NCBI GenBank assembly: GCA_010405405.1
Contig: MU004231.1
Span: 2,681,860-2,711,702, forward strand
DNA length: 29,843 nt
Origin: Microthyrium microscopicum
Taxonomy: Eukaryota
Direction of reading: 5' to 3'
A program made the position numbers and the translations under genes. Each line of letters starts with the position of its first letter. The first letter of the stretch is position 1. The notes beneath the pieces are model-generated. The model was given only the letters and a program-made list of their open reading frames with translations, ran no database searches and was not told where the DNA came from. Below are positions 23,927 through 29,843 of the stretch, one piece after another.

Positions 23927-24112
23927 ATGCGCACATCAATGGAACCGAGTAGAGAGTACATGCACACGCCGCTCGGAAAGTCACAGTTTCGGCTCTTGAG
24001 GCTTTGTTCGCGTCTAAGCCGAAGTGGATTACTGCAATGCGAGTTTTCGTCAATCTCTTTCGAAGACCAGACATTGAAAAGCCTTGCATACAAATGCTGC
24101 GTCTTATGAATC
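23927..24112 (+). pseudogene. Truncated, frameshifted HET (heterokaryon incompatibility) domain N-terminal fragment
   Basis: YMHTPLGKSQFRLLRL...LQCEF resembles the YxPL...IRLLxL...IxCxL lead-in of HET proteins; removing one A near 24092 gives YNAASYE where YxALSYxWG is expected; no continuation follows. Confidence 0.5.
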
Positions 24113-24170
24113 ACCTAGCAATATAGACTTCTAAATATTCTCCAGGAATACAGAGTCCATGGTGCAAGTG

Positions 24171-24338
24171 GTAGCATATATGCTATCACGTTAATGGACC
24201 GAGTAAATAAGCCGCAACCAGATAGCGCTACCCGTATATAGCTTTAGATTAAGCTCGGCTCAGTATTGTTCAGTAAAACAGATTTTAAAGTTCGAATAGT
24301 AGCATATATGCTGTCACTTCCATCGATGGAGCGAGTAA
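24171..24338. repeat. Dispersed direct repeat pair with a palindromic core
   Basis: GTAGCATATATGCT(A/G)TCAC at 24171-24189 and 24299-24317, each followed shortly by ATGGA(C/G)CGAGTAA. Confidence 0.8.
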
Positions 24339-24428
24339 TGACATGAGATAAAGATACCTCTAGCATTGAATCGAAATGTGGTCATTAGCCAACTCGCTAA
24401 ATTCTGGATTATCAAAGCTATGCAACGA

Positions 24429-27017
24429 TTATGAGAACTTCATCCCCTTCGCAGGATTCCATCCCTTCTCCCCACCACCCTCCGGCCCACCCGGCGCGCC
24501 TCCAAATCGAATACCCATATCAGGCGCCCACATACCCGACGCATGCGAGGCCGCACGCGTAGGTTGTGGAGCTGCTAGCGGAGCATTATTTGCTGGGCTA
24601 GCTAGCGGTAGAGCCGGTGAGTTGCGGGACTCGGTCTGTTTCTGTTGGTGAAGCGAAGCCGCGGTGTTGAAGTTCATGGCGGACATTCCAGAGACAAGTT
24701 CACTAGGATAAAGTTAGCATTGGAGCAGGGTGGCGGGAAGGGTAGTCATACGCTTCTTGCTGGGTAGCATCTGCACGGCGCTGGAGGACAAAAGTCCTAC
24801 AATCATCGCGGAATTTTGAAACGACTTTCGCAAGATCATTGTAGAATTTGCGGCCAGCTTCGAGATTTGAGATTATTTCCTTGTATTTGAAGTAGGCGTT
24901 TTCCAGACTCTGTAATGCTTTCTCTCTCTCTTTGGTTGAGGTGTCGCCTTTTCTAGCTTGTACGAATGCGTTATTGGCATCCTGTAGTTTTTGCGAAAGG
25001 CGGGCCTGATCGGTCTCTTCTGGGCCCATATCTTTATCTGATGTGTATATTTCAAGTCGTTTTTCAAACAGTTTCTGAAATTGTGATATATCGACTTTCT
25101 GCATTGGAAACTCTCGTTCAAGCCTAGCAGCTTCTCGAACGAGTTCCGGTTCTAGTGTTCGTGTCAGTCATGTCGTCAGTTGTGATCGTAAATATGAATG
25201 ACCTACCAATATCATCTTGCTTGACTTTGGTGAATAGAGCTTCTAGTTTTCGCTTTCTACGCGCTTCTATACGAGTGACGTCGTTTAGACACGCCCTCAA
25301 CTTGTTAGCTGCAGACTCTAAAGCTGGAGTCATGGCAGCTCGTCGACTACTCGGAACGAATTGTTCAAGATCGCGATCTCTTCCTGCAAGGAGCAGAATA
25401 AGACTTTCGCTTTCTGCAAGCTTTTTCAGAACGACTTCATCGCTTTCATGAGAATGACCCAGATATCCATCAATCTCTTGTACCTGTGCGTAGAGTTTAG
25501 GAGCTGCTTGCTGTGGTGGTGGTATTGACCATCTGTCAGTTCCATGCTTTCGGCGTAATCGCTCATCTTCTGAGGCTTCCATGCGTAACATGTCTCTACC
25601 TTCTTGAAATATACCGCGATCATTAGATTTGACCCGTTCAGTTTCCTGTATCGACCTTTGGAGTCGGCTGGGGCCATCCTGTTGTCGAATCTCTTCAGCA
25701 TGCTGGATAAGTCCTGCCGGCAACCCAAGAGGTTTTTCGATAGCTTGTAATGCTCCAGGAAGGTTGAGTGACTTTAACAGATCATGTAATTTGTTTGTTA
25801 GACCTTCCAATTCTTCTATGGTTTGATTGACCACACCATCTTTTCTTTCGCCGTAGTTGAGAGCAGCTTGGTGAACAGCATATGGAACTAATTTTGTGAA
25901 AAGAGGTCGACCAAGTTGCCCGTTCTCTCCCAGCATAGAAACAGGATCGGCTACTTCCGGTGGAACTTTTGCAGATGCCATGGAGATTGGTTCGATAGTC
26001 TTGAGTTCCCCTTTGGTTGGTACGGGCATCAAATATATCATGTCATTGTCTTTCTCTGCTCGTTTCAAGTCTTCCTGGGTGCGTTCTTTCAGAGCCTGCA
26101 AGTCCGCCAGGACAGTCTGGTTGATGTATCGCGACTCTTTTAGTGCTTCTGTCACACAACTGAGACCATCCTTCAATCTTGCCACTTCCTCGCCGTATCT
26201 CCGCTTATCCAGACAGTCGCAAGCAGCGCGATATTGTGTAGCCGCAGCAAAATGGTAGTGCTTGGCTTTCATGTGGTGGATCCACTCGCTTTCAACAACA
26301 TCGGATTTGGCTCCGAACTCAGCGGCCGCCGCGTAGTAATCAGAGACTTTTGCTGCAATCCGAGCGATCGACATGTCTTTCATCCCATCCTTTACTGCCT
26401 TTTGCCAAACACACTCTTGGGCTTGCGCAAGCATGAGCTGCTCCAAGCATTCCAGGGTTACAACATCCATATCTTCTGGTGGCGGTGCTCTCATATCAGG
26501 AATTGCGCTCGATGACAAGTGATGCAGAATGCCGGCAGCTTGACAGTAATGGCTACATGCGGTTTTGAGAGCGTCGGGTGTACTGCGACTACCAAGAGCA
26601 AGTTGTGAATACATCGCAGCAAGGTTGAACAAGACATTGATGAGTTCGAAATGAAGGTTGGTGGAAGTCTCTGGTCTTGTTTTATTGTATCCTATGGCTG
26701 GATACCATGGAAACTCTACACCAATATCTATGGGGAACTTTCCGCTCATCCATACTAGTTGGGCAGCATATGCCTGAAGCTTCTTGATTGCGCTCGCATG
26801 CGGGTCAACAGACTGTACAGCGGCAGTTCGAAGCTTATCAATGGCCTCCAGGTCTTCAGCGAAAGCACCGGGGTGCTGATCGTATCTTTTGGATATGTAT
26901 TGCTTCAGAGCATCGGATAGGGAGATGATGGGGCTGCGCCGGAATGGCAGGGTGAGCATATTTCTGGGAGAATGTTAGCAAAAACACTTCAGAGAAATAC
27001 TTGACTTACGAAGCCAT
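24429..27017 (-). CDS. palA: pH-response regulator PalA/Rim20 (BRO1 + ALIX V domain), ~812 aa, exons 27017-27010, 26963-25207, 25151-24752, 24702-24429
   Basis: Spliced start MASNMLTLPFRRS; KFPIDIGVEFPWYPAIGY; LEQLMLAQAQEC; AEKDNDMIYL; LNLPGALQAIEKPLGLP; NLEAGRKFYNDL; short Pro-rich tail ending GMWAPDMGIRFG...WNPAKGMKFS. Three GT-AG introns with CTAAC/CTGAC branch sites; joined length 2439 nt. Confidence 0.93.
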
Positions 27018-27178
27018 AATCAGTAGCGCTGCGAGCTTGGAGTTGTTCTGTTACGGTTGTTGTCACCTTATGTTTACAGCGGGGCATGCTCAGATTTTGA
27101 GTTGAGACGAGATCTGGATTCTGGTGACGGAATACGGTCCGTGCAGCTCAGGGAATGCAGAATCGGTGAAGGGAACAT

Positions 27179-27421
27179 TAAAGAATCTAATTAACTAACT
27201 ACTACAATAACTACGGTATTTATACCCCGTTAAAGACGTAAAACGTATCTTCTTAAAGCCTAGAATTCAGGCTATAATAGAGATAAAAGTAATATATAGA
27301 AAAAGGTAGAAAAGGCAAAAAGATATAATAGCTAATAGAGGCTAAATTTTAGTATTTTTACTTCTTAATCCTAAATTAAGACTAGCGCAAATCTAGAGTT
27401 TAGAATAAACCTTTTATTATA
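27179..27421 (-). repeat. Probable 3' LTR of the Copia relic
   Basis: Lies downstream of the pol stop; preceded on the minus strand by a purine tract (AAGAAG, plausibly RIPped GAGGGG) and bounded by TA...TA (RIPped TG...CA); ends at the sharp AT/GC boundary. The partner LTR is outside the window, so boundaries are inferred. Confidence 0.45.
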
Positions 27422-29843
27422 CTTCTTAAGTTTTTAACCTATAAATCTTAAGATATACTTAGTATTAAGTATAAAGGAATATTAATTTTTAGGTTTTCTA
27501 AAACTAAGCTACTAAAATATTAAAACTAGTTAAAATAGGAAATAAAAAGTACTATTAGGTAGCCTTAGTATAGAAGATTTAGCTTATATAAAAATATAGG
27601 AGATTTAGCAATTTATAGTAGTAATAAGAGTATTTATAGCGTTCTAGGGAGAATCTTCCTAAGCTAGCACTAAGTACTCTATATTTACTAAATTTAGCAT
27701 CTTTCTAAACTTTTCGTATTCTTATAGAGAAAGAGCTTTTATTAAACTATTTACTAGTATCTTGCCTATAAGAACCTATTTAATGAAGATGTAGCCTTTT
27801 ATAACTTCTTAATAAAGCTAGAACTAATATATATTAATATATTTTAATCTAGAAAATAAAAGCTAAGCCTATTTCGTCATAATACCTATTATTTAAGTAT
27901 TATTATTTAATATTAGTATTTTAATATTAGGATTAAACTTAAGCTATAAGAAGAGGCATTAGATTAAGATTAGCTCTTTTAAAGCGTTTAAGAGGGATAG
28001 AAGTTCTACTTTTATTATAGATATTAAGACTATTTTCTAGTATAAAGATTACTAGCTAATAAGTTCTCTAAATAGGTTAAATAAGAAGCTCTAAATTAAT
28101 CTTTAAGTCTCCTAATTATCTATAAATATAGTATTATAGGCTATAAGAAATACTTCTTTGCTAGTAATAAGTGCTTTAGTAGTTCTATAATACTTAAGCG
28201 TAAAGTATTTTATTACTTAAAGATATAGAATAGTTTTCTTAATCTTGTAATAGTAAAGCTTAGAAGGATTCTAGTTAAAGTAGCTTAAATAAGAGGCTAT
28301 ATAATAGATATCTAGCTTATATACTATTATAAGGTAAATTATAAAGCTATAACGTATTTAGAAGGCGTAGATCTAATCTTTAGATATCTATTCTTTATTT
28401 AAAACGAGTTTGATAAGATTTAAGATAGGAATAATGTATTTAGTCTTCTTTGTAATATTAAGCTAGAATTTAGCGCTAATTTTATTAATATACTAGTTCT
28501 ATAAAATTTAGAGCTTTTAATTAGCTTAATCTTAAAGTATTTAAATATTAAGAAAGCTTTTTAGAATATTTAAATCCCTTATAGTATAGCGTATACTAAG
28601 TTTATATTTTATCTTATCTACTTTTACTTAATATACTTTTAATAAGAGAAGGAGGAAGTTATTAACGTAATAAAAAAAAAAAATAGGATACTAAATATAT
28701 TTAAAGAGGTAAAAATCTTCTAAAATAAGCTTAAACTTTATTATATAGAGGGTAGCTCTTATATCTTAATACTATAGTAATAAAGATCTTAGTAGTCTAT
28801 AGAGGGTATAGCGAAGTAGTAAGACCTTTCTAAGAATATTAAAACCTTTAAGGCATTAAACTAGAACTATTTTATTTAGAATAGTATTTAGAAAGGTATT
28901 TATAGCGTTAAATTAGTAAAGATCTAGATTAAATATAGCTATTAGCATAAGAATTATGCATAATATATAGTAAGCTTTAGTAGTAGTATAAATCTCTAGT
29001 TCTAAATTTTAGTACTATAAATCTCCTTTTATATAGATTCTAGCCTTATATTTAAGAAGGAAGCTATTTAAATCGTATTTCTCTAAGAATACTTACTTTA
29101 AAGATAGAATAGGCTTATTAGTTTAAAGGGTATAGACCTTTTTAAATGTACCTTATTTTTAAAGTGTTTTAATTTTAATTCTAGTAGCTAAAAGATACTA
29201 GTCTTAATTAGGGCGTTTTATTATTTTAAACTACGTTTTTAATAATTCTAGCATATCTCTTTTATAGTAGCGTTAAACTAAAGCTATAGAAAATATATAA
29301 TATAATAAGGTAAGGAGGTAAAGTTTATAGAGTGCTAGATTAGTAATCCTTAAAGATTATAGAATATAACTACTTTTTATAGCGTGTATAGAAACATTTT
29401 AAAAGGCTTAGATCTCTCGTTCGTACTTAGTAATATATTATTGTTTTAGGTAAGCTATTAAGGTAGCTAGTAGTAGTACTAGTAGAATTATAAGAGTAGG
29501 ATCTTCTAAAGTATTTTCTCTTAATTTAGTATAATCTTAAGTAAATAACGGACTTATAAAGAGTATTAAATATTATAAAGAAGGCTAAGATAGTAGTAAT
29601 AGTATAGGATTAGGCGTTATTAGCTAGTCGTTAAATATAGGTTAATTAGAATTGTTTTTAGAAGTCTAATAGCTATCTTATTTTTACTATTAAGTACATC
29701 GTGAAAAAATTATCATTGATTTAAGTTATCCAATAACACTATAACTACTTATTACTATAATACGTAGTCCTATATCTAAGTACTTAACTTAACATCTAAT
29801 TCGTTTAAAATATATAGAATAATTAAAATAAATTTACTAATTT
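27179..29843 (-). mobile_element. Ty1/Copia LTR retrotransposon relic (RT and RNase H), RIP-inactivated, runs off the window end
   Basis: De-RIPped minus strand: LKWVF...KYKARICVKGDLQ (~29015-29105), HQFDAINAFLN (~28885-28918), ALYGLPRSPLLW (~28772-28807), YVDD as TAC GTT AAT AAC (28669-28658), SDAAFADD (~28115-28140), HIDIHQFWLRQE and MPADGLTKAL (~27731-27760), stop ~27659. Confidence 0.93.

Noticed and set aside
17390..26515. Many antisense or alternate-frame ORFs within ABC1, crzA and palA
   Set aside because: Explained as shadows of the real coding frames.
1..29843. CRISPR array, tRNA, rRNA or telomeric repeats
   Set aside because: No regular repeat-spacer array, cloverleaf, rRNA signature or (TTAGGG)n tract seen.

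Overview
Filamentous-ascomycete (Pezizomycotina-type) genomic DNA. A ~16.5 kb GC-balanced gene island (~10.6-27.17 kb) sits between two very AT-rich blocks carrying the repeat-induced point mutation (RIP) signature (CpA/TpG nearly absent, TpA in excess). The island holds four intact spliced genes: a full-length ABCB/MDR transporter (+, 8 exons), an ABC1/UbiB atypical kinase (-), the calcineurin-responsive zinc-finger factor Crz1/CrzA (-) and the pH-signalling BRO1 protein PalA/Rim20 (-), plus a decayed segment with a HET-domain-like fragment. Reversing C>T/G>A changes by eye shows the left block contains a Helitron Rep(HUH)-PIF1 helicase relic, interrupted at its 5' side by a second unidentified element and followed by unidentified gene-like relics. 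The right block is a Ty1/Copia relic whose probable 3' LTR ends ~160 bp from the palA start. The best novelty candidate is a ~200 nt multi-hairpin, H/ACA-like structured RNA inside the unusually long (311 bp) second intron of the ABC1 gene. All calls come from manual reading; no searches were run.
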